From NCBI GenBank assembly GCA_963805625.1, contig CAWDVE010000011.1, positions 1-64,000 on the forward strand: a stretch of DNA of 64,000 nt. Reading direction: 5' to 3'. Numbering within the stretch: position 1 is the stretch's first letter; every line of letters begins with the position of its first letter. The position numbers were made by a program, and so were the translations under genes. This document shows, in pieces, positions 32,392 through 47,684 of the stretch. The stretch comes from an uncultured Candidatus Rokubacteria bacterium. GTDB taxonomy: Bacteria > Methylomirabilota > Methylomirabilia > Rokubacteriales > DASRDR01. The notes beneath the pieces were generated by a model. That model saw nothing but the letters and a program-made list of their open reading frames with translations, did no database searches and had not been told where the DNA came from.

Positions 32392-35300
32392 CGCTCGACT
32401 CCACCCAGCTCCGCGTCGGCCTTCTCCAGCCAGAAGGTCATGCCCATCTCGCGGTACATCGTTGTGGCGGTGGTGAGGTGCTCCTCGGCCTTCGCGCGGG
32501 GACCGGTGCGCCGATAGAGCGTGCCGAGGCCGAGGTGGCAGTGGGCGGCGAGGGGACGCATGCCGAGCTCCTCGGCCAGCGCCGAGGCCTCGCGGAACCA
32601 CCGCTCGGTCTCTCGCGAGTCCGGTGGATCGGAATGCGCGGCAACCTCCCCGAGGAGGCGGAGCGTCCAGGCCTCGACCCCGCGCTCGCCCCTGACCCGC
32701 GCCGGCTCCAGCGTCCGCGTAGCCTCCCGCCCGGCCTCGACCGGACGGCCCGCTAGAAGGTATCCCTCGCCGAGGCAGGCGAACGGTAGTAGGTGCGTCC
32801 AGCTTCGCGTGCGCTCCTCGACCGCCTCGCTCAGGAGCGGGAGGGCTTCGGCCTGCCGGCCCGCCAGCGCGTAGGCGAGGCCCAGCGTGGAGGCGAGGGG
32901 CGTGAGGAAGAGCGGCGCCATGGCGCGACTGCGCTCGAGGGCCGGCTCGAGCACCCGGGCGGCTTCTGCCAGGTCGCCTCGGCGAACGCTGGTGAAGCCT
33001 GCGCTCCAGGCCGCGAACACGTGGCTGTATCGCGGCTCGACGGCCTCGGCGCGGCGGAGGGCCTCCCGGGTCACCGCGATCGCCTCGCCGAACTCACCCC
33101 GCTCGGCCAGCGCCCATCCGAGGAAGCCGAGTGCCCCGACTGACATCCGGATGAGCCCGAAGAAGTGTGGCGTCGGTCCCTCGTCGGCCAGCTTGGATGC
33201 AATCCGCCGCAGGGTGTTGGATGCCCGGTGGTATTCGCCGCGCGTGATGTGAAGGATCGCCAGCCCGATCCGCGTCTCCAGTTGGAGAGCCGCATCCCCG
33301 CTCGACTCGGCGGCCTGCACGGCGCGCTGCCCGATCTCATCCGCGCGCGCGCAGTCCCCGAGAAACATGAACTCGGTGGACACGTAGCGGAGCACCCGCG
33401 CTAGCCGGGTGGGGTCTCCCCGCTCCACTGCCAACGGCTCGGCCGCCTCGAGATGGGCGAGGGCACGCTCGTGCTCGCCGAGGGCGTAGAGGGCGTTTCG
33501 CAGGCTCAGCCGCAGATCGATGGCCTCGTCTAGCGTGTCCGGCGCGCGCGGGAGATGCCCGAGCGCCGCGAGGGCCTGCTCGAGGTGGGTCACCGCTTCC
33601 CGGAGCGCCCCGCGGCCCAGAGCCTTCTCTCCCGCCTGGCGCAGGTAGCCGGGGGCCTTCTCCCACACCTCGCCGCAGAGGGCATGGTGGGCGAGATGCT
33701 CGATCTGCTCCACGACGCGGTCGGCAGCCCGTCGCTCGATGACCTTGACAATGCGGGCGTGCAGGGCGCGGCGCTGGTCGTGCATCAGGCTCTGGTAAGC
33801 CACCACATGGGTCAGCGCATGCTTGAAGGTGTATTCGACCTCGGGGAAGAGCGCGGTCTCGTACAGGAACTCCCGGGCCTGGAGCCGTGCCAGCCCGGCG
33901 CGAAGCCGGTCCGGAAGCAGATTGCTGGCTCCTTCCAGGATCGGCAATGGCACGCTCGTGCCGACGACCGCGGCCTCCTGGAGGAGTCGCTTGTCGTCGG
34001 CCTCGAGTCGGTCGATGCGGGCCGCGAGCACGGCCTGGACCGTCGCCGGCACCTGGAGGTCCTGAAGCAGGCGCGTCAGACGGTGGGCGCCGCGCTCCCC
34101 CGCGAGCACGCCGGTCTCGATCAGGGCGCGCACGCCCTCCTCCAGGAAGAACGGGTTGCCCTCGGTCCGCTGGATCAAGGCCCGCTTGAGCAGCTCGAGG
34201 GATCGATCCCTCCCCAGCAGGGCGTCGAGCAGGGCCTCGGCGCTTTCCGCCGGCAGCGGGTCCAGTCGGAGCTGGGTATAGAAGGTCTTGCCCCCCCAGT
34301 GGTGCTCGTACTCGGGCCGGTAGTTCACCAGGACCAGCAGCCGGGCCGTGGGCGCGCTCTCCACCAGGCTGTCGAGCAGCGCCTGGCTCTCGGAGTCGAT
34401 CCAATGGAGATCCTCGAGGACCACGAGCACTGGCTGGACCTGGCTCTCCCGGAGCAGCAGGCGCTTGATGCCATCGAGGGTGCGCTGCCGGCGTTGGGAC
34501 GGATGGAGCGCGTGCCACTCGGGTTCCTCGACGGGCACGTCGAGGAGCGCCAGGAGCGCGGGCATGGTCGGCTTGAGCGTCTCGTCCAGCGTGAGGAGCT
34601 TGCCGGTGACCTTCTCCCGGATCTTCCGGTGCTCGTCCCGCTCGTCGACTTGGAAGTAGCCTTTGAGGAGGTCGATGACCGGGAGGTAGGCCGTGGCCTT
34701 TCCGTAGGAGACCGAGCCGGCCTGGACAATCCGCCAGCCGTGGGTGCGATGGGAGTGCGTCACCTCCCAGACGAGGCGGGACTTGCCGACACCCGGCTCC
34801 CCCACGATGGCCACGACCTGGCCGTGTCCCGCCGCCGCCCGCCCCAGGGCTTGTCGGAGCTGTTCCAGCTCGATGTCGCGACCGACGAACCGGGTCAGCC
34901 CCCGCGCCACCGCCGCGTGCATACGCGAGCGAAGCGACCCGGCTCCGACCATCTCGTAGACCTCGACCGGCGCGTCGAGCCCCTTGACCGGCACCGGTCC
35001 GAGTGGCTTGACCTCGACGTACCCTTCAGCGAGCCGCAGCGTGTCCGCCGTGAGCCGGATGCTGCCCGGCGGGGCGAGCTGCTCCATCCGCCCCGCCAGG
35101 TGGGTGGTCTGGCCCACCGCGGTGTAATCCATGTGGAGGTCGCTCCCGATGGCCCGGACAACCACCTCCCCCGAGTTCAGACCGACCCGGATCTGTACCT
35201 CGATGCCGTGGGAGCGGCGGACCCCCTCGGCATAGCGCCGAAGCGAGGCCTGCATGTCGTGCGCGGCGTAGCACGCCCGCACGGCGTGGTCTTCGTGGGC

Positions 35301-35743
35301 GACCGGCGCCCCGAACAGCGCCATGATCCCGTCGCCCATGACCTGGTTGACCGTGCCCTCGTAGCGGTGGACGGCCTCCATCATCCGCTCGAGGACCGGG
35401 TCGAGCAGCTTGCGCGCTTCCTCGGGATCTCGATCTGCCAACAGCTCCATCGAGCCCTTCAGGTCGGCGAAGAGCACGGTGACCTGCTTACGCTCGCCCT
35501 CGAGGGCCGCCTTTGATGTGAGGATCTTCTCGGCGAGATGCTTGGGCGTGTATGACTGTGGAGACGCGAACCGCGCTTCGACGGGATGGCTTGCCGCGGC
35601 GAGCGGTGCGGCGCACCCTCCGCAGAAGTCCTCGCCCGGCTCGTTCGAGAACCCGCAGGATGGGCAAGCCACGGCCAGGGGCGCCGCGCACTTGGCGCAG
35701 AACCGACGCCCTTCGCGGTTCTCCGCGTGGCACCGAGGACAGG

Positions 35744-35747
<4 letters not shown>
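32388..35747 (-). CDS. Double zinc ribbon - adenylate/guanylate cyclase - AAA ATPase - TPR protein
   Basis: CxxC ribbons, ERKQVTVLFADLKGS, GDGIMALFG, GEPGVGKS, EDLHWID. Confidence 0.93.
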
Positions 35748-39913
<4,166 letters not shown>

Positions 39914-40269
39914 CGCGCGATGGTCGGCGCCAGGCTACGCCAAGGCGTTAGTGGGGGCAAGTACGAGTGGCCGTGCTAGAGGAGCACGTCTGGGCTGGAC
40001 TGGGCATCGGTCCCAAGGAGACCCATTGGGGCGCCAAGGCGTCGCCGCCTTCACACTGCGCGTCCTTCCTGATCTCGTTTCGCCTGCGGCGCGGGAAACC
40101 CTGGGCCTCCAGTGCGATGCTTCCCCACCCTGCGAACTCCCGCGGGTGTCGTCCTATCCACCTACCGCGGAGGCGGCCACCGTGAAGTCCGCTTCAATAG
40201 GCGCTGGTCACTCAAGCCTGCCTCGCGCCACTCGTGTATGTATCGACACTGAACCACTCGCAGCTCCGG

Positions 40270-40731
40270 TCATTGAGCCGGGGAGTGGCGCTTCCAGTGC
40301 GCAACTAAGGCACGCATCTGGTCCCGCATCTCCTCCACTGGCCAACTGCGCGATGTCGTGTACCGTAGCTGGGTCGGATGTGCGAGAAACTTGTTCAGCT
40401 TTCGTCCCCACTTCGCTTCGAGGGTTGCCGCAAGCTTCTCGACCGATTGCAGCGTCTCGCCCGCGGGCGAGATCTCACATGTCAACGGAAGCTGAAAATA
40501 CACGTTGTCCTTGTATCGCTCGTTCGGCTTTCCGAAGAACTCGAGCAAAATCCGAAAGTGCAATAGGAACGCCTCCAAGAACGCGAATTGATCATGGTTA
40601 CCGGCGTCCTGCCCGCCAGCCAAAACACGCGTGGCGCAGTGCTCCATCATGTCAATCTCGTAGTCGACTACATCCTTCGCACTGCCCTTGGGCGGGCGCT
40701 CATAGTGCCGCATCAGCACCTCATGCACCAC
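40270..40731 (-). CDS. Hypothetical protein, possible HEPN-like fold
   Basis: LEAFLLHFRILLEFF and LNKFLAHPT..R; lower GC. Confidence 0.55.
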   Translation of the reverse strand: MVHEVLMRHYERPPKGSAKDVVDYEIDMMEHCATRVLAGGQDAGNHDQFAFLEAFLLHFRILLEFFGKPNERYKDNVYFQLPLTCEISPAGETLQSVEKLAATLEAKWGRKLNKFLAHPTQLRYTTSRSWPVEEMRDQMRALVAHWKRHSPAQ

Positions 40732-40828
40732 ATTGGGCCGTGCTCACTGAGTTCCTGGATCGGTCTGATCCAGGGAAGGCTCGGGTCTCGGACACCGAGA
40801 CCCGAGCACAGGCCCGACGAGACGTCCT

Positions 40829-41161
40829 CTACCGAGCGGGACGGTACTGGGCGCTAACCGCAGGAGCCTTCTTGAGCGCCGCCACCCACTGAGAGCCGTT
40901 CAGCAGCGGGGTGGTCTTCGCGGCTTTGACGGCACCGCCGGCCGCGATAGCTAGCGCCACCGCCGCCATCGTGACGTCGTCCGGAGCTTCGACGATAACC
41001 GAGACGTCATACTCGCCATAGGAAAAGCCGCCAGCGAGAATCTTCGCGCCGACAGTGTCGGTCAACTGCTTCCCGACGATCTGAAGCCGATCCTGGGGGT
41101 TTTTGATCTGGGCGGCAAGAGATTCCGGTGTGTAGGCGACCTGATACAAGTACTGCGGCAT
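40829..41161 (-). CDS. GYD domain protein
   Basis: YLYQVAYTPE...SYGEYDVSVIVEAPD. Confidence 0.85.
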   Translation of the reverse strand: MPQYLYQVAYTPESLAAQIKNPQDRLQIVGKQLTDTVGAKILAGGFSYGEYDVSVIVEAPDDVTMAAVALAIAAGGAVKAAKTTPLLNGSQWVAALKKAPAVSAQYRPAR

Positions 41162-41338
41162 CTAGTTCTCCTTTGCGCATCTGCGGTGCGTGCTACGACC
41201 AGAAGTCAGGGCCTCTAGCAATATGCTAGGTCCGGAACGCTGCCTCCTTTTCCGTTCCTGGATCGCTCTCATCCAGGGCCTCAAGCCGATCATACCCACT
41301 GCACTGGAAAGCTCACCGCTGTCGGAGAGAACGCTCGG

Positions 41339-42028
41339 CTAATGCGCCTGGAAGGAGCCTTCGGTGATGGTCTGGTTTCCGCTAATGTCTATCGCCAGCA
41401 CTTCGAAGGCCTGCTTCCCGCCCCCGAGGGACCGTACGAACTCGGGCGGAAGCGTCACTGCCGTGCTCGATGCCGGGAGAGTGACCTGAAACGCGCCGAC
41501 GATGACCTGATAGCCGACGATGGTGACGCTCTTGTCCGGAAGGATGTCCGCCGGACCAGTGACGGGCTCCCAGCGGATGACGACGGTGTCGCCATTGACC
41601 TCTGCGGACACGGCGGGTCCGGCCGGAACGGCATGCGAGAGCGTCGGCTTGCTCATTAGCTGGGTTCCCCCCACCGTAACGCCGATGAACGTGTACTTCC
41701 CCTCCGGGAAGCGGGCCAGGAGCTGGCTGAGCAGGAACTCGTCGAGCGATGGCTCCGCGCCCTCGAAGAACAATTCGGTCAGGCCGAGACCCACGTAGCC
41801 CCCCTTGCCCTCGACGAAGAAGATCTCGGTCCCGGCTGGGTCGAGGATGCGGAGCGTCTCCCAGTCTTCGGCATCGAGGGAGACATGAAAGCCAAGGTCG
41901 TTCGCCGAGGAGTTGTACTCGATGTAGATCCGCGCTTCTTTGAACGGCGCGGCCCATGCAGGAGCCACCAGGCCGAGAGCGATCGCTCCTAGCAGAAAGC
42001 CGGGCAACAGACGCGTATGTCGTCTCAT
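41339..42028 (-). CDS. Secreted hypothetical protein, paralogue of 29639-30361
   Basis: Signal peptide; shared motifs; GAGGAGG RBS. Confidence 0.8.
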   Translation of the reverse strand: MRRHTRLLPGFLLGAIALGLVAPAWAAPFKEARIYIEYNSSANDLGFHVSLDAEDWETLRILDPAGTEIFFVEGKGGYVGLGLTELFFEGAEPSLDEFLLSQLLARFPEGKYTFIGVTVGGTQLMSKPTLSHAVPAGPAVSAEVNGDTVVIRWEPVTGPADILPDKSVTIVGYQVIVGAFQVTLPASSTAVTLPPEFVRSLGGGKQAFEVLAIDISGNQTITEGSFQAH

Positions 42029-42277
42029 TTCTCATTCCTCCTCTTGCTCGCTGATCAGTCCTTGGGGGGCGCCGAGTTCTCTCCGAGCCACGGTGTGAAC
42101 TCTGACGCCTCGCTTGGCCAGACTTCCCGCAGATCCACCCACTTCAGCACACCGAACTCCGGCATCGTCTGTCCCCCTGAGAGTCCGCCGCTCGCCCCGC
42201 CCAGCGCTGCCCTCCGGCCTCCCTCCGTCACGGGCCAAGAAATATCGAATCAGCCACAGTTCCTGGATCGCCCGCTT

Positions 42278-43153
42278 CTAGGAACTCCTTCTCGAACCCG
42301 CAACGTGGGCAGGTCGGCTGGTCACGACATTCAGGCACACTCCAGGGATGGCATAGCCGCCGTTCCTACGGAACGAGCCCAAGCGATCCTGTAGCGTCTG
42401 CCGCATGGAATCCTGGCGATCCTCGGATAGCCCGGTGATCACCGCCGCCAACGCGCCTGCAACCTCTCGTAGAAGCGACCAGTACTGATCGGCGCTCTCA
42501 AAGCTCCAGACGATGGGAACCTCTTCAATCCGGGGAAGCCCGAACCCGGCATCCGAAAGGAGTCGCTTGATCCGGTCCGGGTTCGCGAGTGCGAGGATTC
42601 CCGGCGCCTCCGGGGCGGGGGGCGCCATGTGGCCTCCCTCGATCAGGACCCGGGCAGGTATCGCGGCCCACGGGTTGCGCTCCGCGCTCGCAAAGACTGA
42701 AAAGCAGAGATGGCCGTCTGGGCGGAGAACTCGTCGAGTCTCTCGAAGCGCCACCGCCGGGTCTGCCATGAGCATGTAGCCCCAGCGGCAGACCACCCCA
42801 TCCACGGTGCCATCGGGGAGGTCAAGTCGCTCCGCGTCCATCACCCGATACTCCACGTTGGTGAGCCCCAGTTCGGCCCCACGACGTCGAGCCGCCTCCA
42901 CCATTCTCGGCGCGAAATCGGTCAGGATCAGTCGTCCAGTAGAGCCAAGGAGTGGCGCGGCGGCGAAGCCCGTGTCCCCAGGGCCACACGCAAGCTCGAG
43001 GACCGTCTGTCCCGGCCGCACGTCCAGGTTCGCGATGAGCCACTCGCTGATGTGCCTCGACACACCCCAGAGGTAGGCACGTTTCGTCTCCCAACCGGCA
43101 GCCATCGCGTCCCAGACGGCTTTGCTCCTCTGGCGGAAGTCATCAGGGTTCAT
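42278..43153 (-). CDS. Class I SAM-dependent methyltransferase
   Basis: VLELACGPG, RRVLRPDG. Confidence 0.88.
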   Translation of the reverse strand: MNPDDFRQRSKAVWDAMAAGWETKRAYLWGVSRHISEWLIANLDVRPGQTVLELACGPGDTGFAAAPLLGSTGRLILTDFAPRMVEAARRRGAELGLTNVEYRVMDAERLDLPDGTVDGVVCRWGYMLMADPAVALRETRRVLRPDGHLCFSVFASAERNPWAAIPARVLIEGGHMAPPAPEAPGILALANPDRIKRLLSDAGFGLPRIEEVPIVWSFESADQYWSLLREVAGALAAVITGLSEDRQDSMRQTLQDRLGSFRRNGGYAIPGVCLNVVTSRPAHVAGSRRSS

Positions 43154-43178
43154 GCCATTCCCCCGTGACGAGCTTGGA

Positions 43179-43343
43179 TCAGCTCTTCTTCGACGTCTGC
43201 GTTGTAAAGCTTCCAAGCTGCGCGACGACCCTCGTGCTCTTACACGTCGGGCACCGCACCTTCTCCTTCTCGTGCTCCGAGATGGTCATGGTGAGTTCGA
43301 ACGACTTCTGGCACTTCTCGCAGAGGTACTCGTAGCGCGGCAT
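43179..43343 (-). CDS. FmdB-family zinc-ribbon protein (54 aa, below the ORF track size)
   Basis: MPRYEYLCEKC...RCPTCKS...TSKKS; AAGGAGG RBS. Confidence 0.85.
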   Translation of the reverse strand: MPRYEYLCEKCQKSFELTMTISEHEKEKVRCPTCKSTRVVAQLGSFTTQTSKKS

Positions 43344-43444
43344 CGATCTCCTCCTTGAAGACGGAGGTGATCCGAAAATGTAGGGCGACGAAGGGCCTCC
43401 GTCAACCCGACGTATCGGTAGGGATACGCTTAGAGGTGGGCACC

Positions 43445-43600
43445 TTACTTTCCTTCCGCCTTGCTCCGGCGTTTGATATCTTGCCCGTGCGCCCGCTTGT
43501 AGGTCTGAATGTCCTTGAATTGGCCTTTCGCGTCACGCTTGGCGTAGAGCTTCGTCCCGGAGACGCTCTTATGCGTTGTGCGCTGTCCCTTCTGGGCCAT
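43445..43600 (-). CDS. Small basic hypothetical protein
   Basis: MAQKGQR...YAKRDAKGQFKD. Confidence 0.65.
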   Translation of the reverse strand: MAQKGQRTTHKSVSGTKLYAKRDAKGQFKDIQTYKRAHGQDIKRRSKAEGK

Positions 43601-43692
43601 TAGCCCGCCCTCTCGCCTAAGAGGTCGCCTTCGGCCGCCCGCAGCGTTTCGGAGTCGTGGTGCCCTACCATCCGGGTCGTCTCGGGTGTGGC

Positions 43693-43971
43693 TCACACCG
43701 CCTTCGCGAACCGGTTGTAGAGCCACGCCCACGCGTACCCGAGGACCCACGCCATGCCGATCATGAGTACCAGCGTGACGAGCGATGCGGCGGACGGTTG
43801 AATCTTCGGGAACAACGAGGCGACATTCGCCCCGAAGAACTGGGCATCGAACAGAATCCCGAACGCCCGCGTCGACACGAGAGCGATGATGGCAAACAGA
43901 ACGTAGAGCGCCGCCGTCAGAACGGCCAGCGAATTCGCGAAGGCCAGCTTGTTCAGCATTACCCACTCCAC
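43693..43971 (-). CDS. Small two-TM membrane protein (DUF5676-like)
   Basis: AFANSLA...YVL...AWLYNRF. Confidence 0.7.
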   Translation of the reverse strand: MEWVMLNKLAFANSLAVLTAALYVLFAIIALVSTRAFGILFDAQFFGANVASLFPKIQPSAASLVTLVLMIGMAWVLGYAWAWLYNRFAKAV

Positions 43972-44041
43972 CGATTATTTGGTTTTAGAGATTCCCACAG
44001 GCATTGGACGAATAGATTCAAGGCTCTCGCACGAAACTCTC

Positions 44042-44851
44042 TCAGGCGCGCGCGGTCAGGAGATTGTTGCCCATCGGGAATTTGATTCCGCCATCCGCCT
44101 GGCGAAACGGTCGAACCTCTGCCTCAACTTCGGCCGTGATTTCCGCGAGCACTGCGTCACCTTGCTCTGCGAGGGAGCCTAGCATAGTCGGCGCAGAAAC
44201 CGCGGTCGCTCGAACGAACAAGTTCGTTGATGGCCACTCGACCATTTTCGTCTTGCTCTCAACTTCGACCTGTCGAAAGCCTGCTCCCTCGATGAGTGTC
44301 CGCAACTGCCCCGCGTCGCTCAGCGAGAACGGCGGCAGCTTGCCTCGCTCAGATCCGAGACGACGCGCAAGCGCATGCTCGATGGCCGCGTAGGCCGGAC
44401 TCTCGGCAGAGGTGCGCCAGCAAGATACGCCAAGCCGCCCGCCTGGAACCAGCACCCGTCGCATCTGTCGAAGGGCCAATGGTTGATCGGGAAAGAACTG
44501 TAGACCCTGCTGACAGATTACAAGGTCGAATGACCGATCGCCAAATGGGAGCTCGAGGACGCTCGCCTCTCGCCATTGAATGTTCGGCGCAGAGACCAGC
44601 GATCGAGCGACTGCGAGCATGCCGGCATTGACGTCGAGGCCAACAACCCTGCCTTCCGGCGCGACTCGCTCTGCAACCAAGCGTGTCACGGCGCCCGTGC
44701 CGCAGGCGACATCCAATGCACGCTCGCCGGGTTTCGGAGCAACGAGGTCAACGAGATCACGTGCCCACGGCAGGAAAAATCGTGGGACAAGGTGCCGTTC
44801 ATAGATCTCAGCCGGTGCGCCAGTAAGGTCGAGCCTCTCGGTGTCTTCCAT
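44042..44851 (-). CDS. Class I SAM-dependent methyltransferase
   Basis: ALDVACGTG, CQQGLQFFPD, RVLVPGGR. Confidence 0.9.
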   Translation of the reverse strand: MEDTERLDLTGAPAEIYERHLVPRFFLPWARDLVDLVAPKPGERALDVACGTGAVTRLVAERVAPEGRVVGLDVNAGMLAVARSLVSAPNIQWREASVLELPFGDRSFDLVICQQGLQFFPDQPLALRQMRRVLVPGGRLGVSCWRTSAESPAYAAIEHALARRLGSERGKLPPFSLSDAGQLRTLIEGAGFRQVEVESKTKMVEWPSTNLFVRATAVSAPTMLGSLAEQGDAVLAEITAEVEAEVRPFRQADGGIKFPMGNNLLTARA

Positions 44852-44982
44852 GCCCGTTCTCCCCAGCTACCGCCACCCCGTCGGCGATTACTTACGTTCC
44901 TGGATCACTTGGTTCTAGGAACCGTCGGCACACCTTCCTTGCCACGCGCAGGAGTGGTGCGCCACGCCCCAGTGAAGGATGC

Positions 44983-45615
44983 TCATGGAGCGACCCATGC
45001 AGCGGAGAGGCCGGACTCGGTCCAACGGATGAAGGCGCGACGCATATCGCCCGGACCGAGCCAGAACCAGTCCAACGCAGTCGCGTGGACACGCACGACC
45101 GCGAAATGGCTCAGGGCGACCTCGTCGTCAGTCGTGGTAGGAAGCGCATCGAAGCGCGACGGCGCAGAGAGCACGGCGCCAGGCGCGTATTCGATCTCGC
45201 TGGCCATGCGACGAAGCGGCGAAACCTGTTGCCATGCCTCGCGTGCGACCTGGTCTCGACAATGCACGCTCGCCGTTCCGGTAAAGCGCGCCTCTATCGC
45301 ATCTCCGGGATCCCAGAAGACCACCGACACGCGACCATCCGCTCTCAGCTCTCGCACCTTATCCGAGCGGACGTCGGTGTGGAACACGAACAGTCGTTCG
45401 CCGGGCTCGACGCTGCGCAACGCGAGGACCCGGGCCCGCGGCCCGTGCGGCGACAGCGTGGCGAGCATCGGTAGCGCCCAGGCTGGCCAGCGACCGTTCA
45501 GACCTCCAGAGATGCGCCTCCACACATCGTCGAGCAAAGCCGGAAGCGTCTGAGGCAGTGACTCGACCGGCGCAGCAATGGGTGCAGTGAAAGAGCGGGA
45601 GGAGCCAGTGCTCAT
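44983..45615 (-). CDS. Pyridoxamine 5'-phosphate oxidase-family protein (paralogue of 20979-21614)
   Basis: Near-collinear protein with few substitutions. Confidence 0.85.
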   Translation of the reverse strand: MSTGSSRSFTAPIAAPVESLPQTLPALLDDVWRRISGGLNGRWPAWALPMLATLSPHGPRARVLALRSVEPGERLFVFHTDVRSDKVRELRADGRVSVVFWDPGDAIEARFTGTASVHCRDQVAREAWQQVSPLRRMASEIEYAPGAVLSAPSRFDALPTTTDDEVALSHFAVVRVHATALDWFWLGPGDMRRAFIRWTESGLSAAWVAP

Positions 45616-45660
45616 CGGATCAGCCCCCGTATTTCAGCTTCATTTGTATACCTAGATCAC

Positions 45661-46353
45661 TTAGTTCTCCGACCTTTCCGTGATGACAATCTCCTTGAAC
45701 ATGTCCCTCTCGTCGGGTCTCCATGTTCCAGACCAATCTATTCTGAACCGTCGTCTCACGTGGCCACAGTTCTCTCCATACAGAACAACCACGATCTCAT
45801 ATGATCCGGGGCCGACATAGCTCCGCTGCACAAATGGAAGTACCTCTTGGCCAAAAAAGAAACTGGGTACGTTTCGATCACCAGGCTGGAACTCGGGCCG
45901 TCCCTGCTGGAAGTACACAGCTTGCTTGGCCGGCTCTGGGATAAAGCCGATATCGCAGTAGATCCTACGCTCGGGATTCAGATCAATGAATTGACCACCG
46001 ACAACACTCCACACGAGGTACACCCCAAAGAAGTTTGCCTCTCGAATGTACCGTCCAGCACTATCGCGTACCCACAACTCCTCGAGTATCATCTCGCAAC
46101 GTCGCGCTTGAGTACCTCCTCTGTTCTGGACCGAGAGCCGAAAGTAGTATACAGGCCACCCACCTCCCGTCCCGGTCCGGTGACTCCATGGTGGCTCGAG
46201 ACGAAATTCGATTCGCAAATCCGGCCCGAACCATCTTCGCTTAATCCATTCGGCCCCAGCCGGTCCAAGAAGCGCACCGACGAGGCCCGAAAGTAAGGCA
46301 ATCACAACATTCGTAATGATCATCCCCCCTCCCGCTATCACCCGCTCGAGCAA
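45661..46353 (-). CDS. Low-GC hypothetical protein with N-terminal TM anchor
   Basis: 230-aa ORF; bounded by 10-bp inverted repeats. Confidence 0.7.
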   Translation of the reverse strand: MLERVIAGGGMIITNVVIALLSGLVGALLGPAGAEWIKRRWFGPDLRIEFRLEPPWSHRTGTGGGWPVYYFRLSVQNRGGTQARRCEMILEELWVRDSAGRYIREANFFGVYLVWSVVGGQFIDLNPERRIYCDIGFIPEPAKQAVYFQQGRPEFQPGDRNVPSFFFGQEVLPFVQRSYVGPGSYEIVVVLYGENCGHVRRRFRIDWSGTWRPDERDMFKEIVITERSEN

Positions 46354-46479
46354 GCCTTAGATCACCGTGATCTAGGGTCATATCTTCTGAGGAGCGGAAT
46401 CAGCCACTGGGGCAACCTCGTCATGCTCGAAGCACCGTACCATCACGCTTCCGCCGCAGCTCGACGCGAGTTCACGTCG

Positions 46480-46715
46480 TCTGGCCTGCGCCTGGGCGGC
46501 GAGCGGCGCGGCGAGGAGGCCGCCTGCCATGCCCGTGATGAAGGCCCGCCGGTCCACTATTGAATCACCTCATCCGCCCGCGCGAGCACCGCCGGGGGAA
46601 TCGTGAGGCCGAGGGCCTTGGCCGTCTTGAGGTTGATGACCAGCTGGGGCTTTCTGGGCTGCTCCACGGGGAGATCGGCCGGCTTCGCGCCCTTGAGGAT
46701 CTTGTCCACGAAACC
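46480..46715 (-). pseudogene. Relic junction of two tandem ABC substrate-binding genes
   Basis: C-terminus [18 protein letters not shown]...ADEVIQ* joined to next N-terminus MDRRAFITGMAGGLLAAPLAAQAQ. Confidence 0.8.
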
Positions 46716-46901
46716 GCTGCATGCCAGTAGTTGGCAACGGTGCTCCAAGCACTTCCTAGGTTCCAGAGGACCGGCCCGTCCACTGGTAGCTGTTACGGCT
46801 CTTACTTCTATCACACCATCCCGACGCCCGAGCCCTGGCGGCAGCGCTAGGCAACCGGCGCGCACGCCTGCTGCCCAGGCCCTGGCACAACGGCTCTATT
46901 C

Positions 46902-47684
46902 CTACGGGGTGGTGCCGCTCAAGGAGAAACTGCCGTTAAACCTCGGGCCCGACGCTGGGGTGGGGCCGACGATATCGCCGCCAACCCGCAGCCAGTCCGG
47001 ATCCAGGTCCGCGTTGCGGATCCACATCTGCAGGTCGCCGGTAAACAACGGCGGGACAGGTCCAGGTGCGGACAGCCACAGGAAGTTGCCAGCCCGACCT
47101 TGCAACTGCACCTGGGGCACGAAGAAGTAGTGATCGGCGGGCAGGTTCAGGGGCGGCTCGAATACCACATCGAAGAGAACCTCCTGCCCCGCCACCGGCC
47201 CTTCGCCCCCCGTAGTTTGATCCGGAGATGGATGGATGCCATCGATCACCGAGTTGGCGGCCTCGAAATGGGGATTGATGACCGTGGCCGTGAACCGCAG
47301 GGTTCCAGCCGCGCTGCGGCGGTCGGCAAACGCATCATCCGAAGGCGAGTTCGTCCGGGTGGGTACCTGCCCCGACGGTGGATCGGTCGAGTCGTTCGGG
47401 AACACGCGGTAGATCTCCACGACCACGTCGCGTATCTCCCCGTGCCCACCATGGGACAGGAGCCCGGTAAAGGTGGCTCCACTGATGGTCGTGGGCGACG
47501 TGAGGATAAAGTCATCGGCGGCCTCAATCTCAATCTTGTGGCGGCTTTCGGGGCGGGAGGCAGCGGCCATTCGGCCATCCGGGTCGCCCGTGGTGAAGAA
47601 GAAATCGGCTGCGGAGGCCGTGGCGCCCAGCATCAGCACCAGTGCCAAGGTCGTCAAGAAGCAAGGCATCCGTCGCATCGTCAT
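46902..47684 (-). CDS. Secreted hypothetical protein
   Basis: Signal peptide (ASA-A), GAGGAG RBS, beta-rich mature part. Confidence 0.8.
   Translation of the reverse strand: MTMRRMPCFLTTLALVLMLGATASAADFFFTTGDPDGRMAAASRPESRHKIEIEAADDFILTSPTTISGATFTGLLSHGGHGEIRDVVVEIYRVFPNDSTDPPSGQVPTRTNSPSDDAFADRRSAAGTLRFTATVINPHFEAANSVIDGIHPSPDQTTGGEGPVAGQEVLFDVVFEPPLNLPADHYFFVPQVQLQGRAGNFLWLSAPGPVPPLFTGDLQMWIRNADLDPDWLRVGGDIVGPTPASGPRFNGSFSLSGTTP

Noticed and set aside
40270-47684. Integron cassette array (many short same-strand genes)
   Set aside because: No intI gene and no recurring attC-like RYYYAAC...GTTRRRY hairpins seen.
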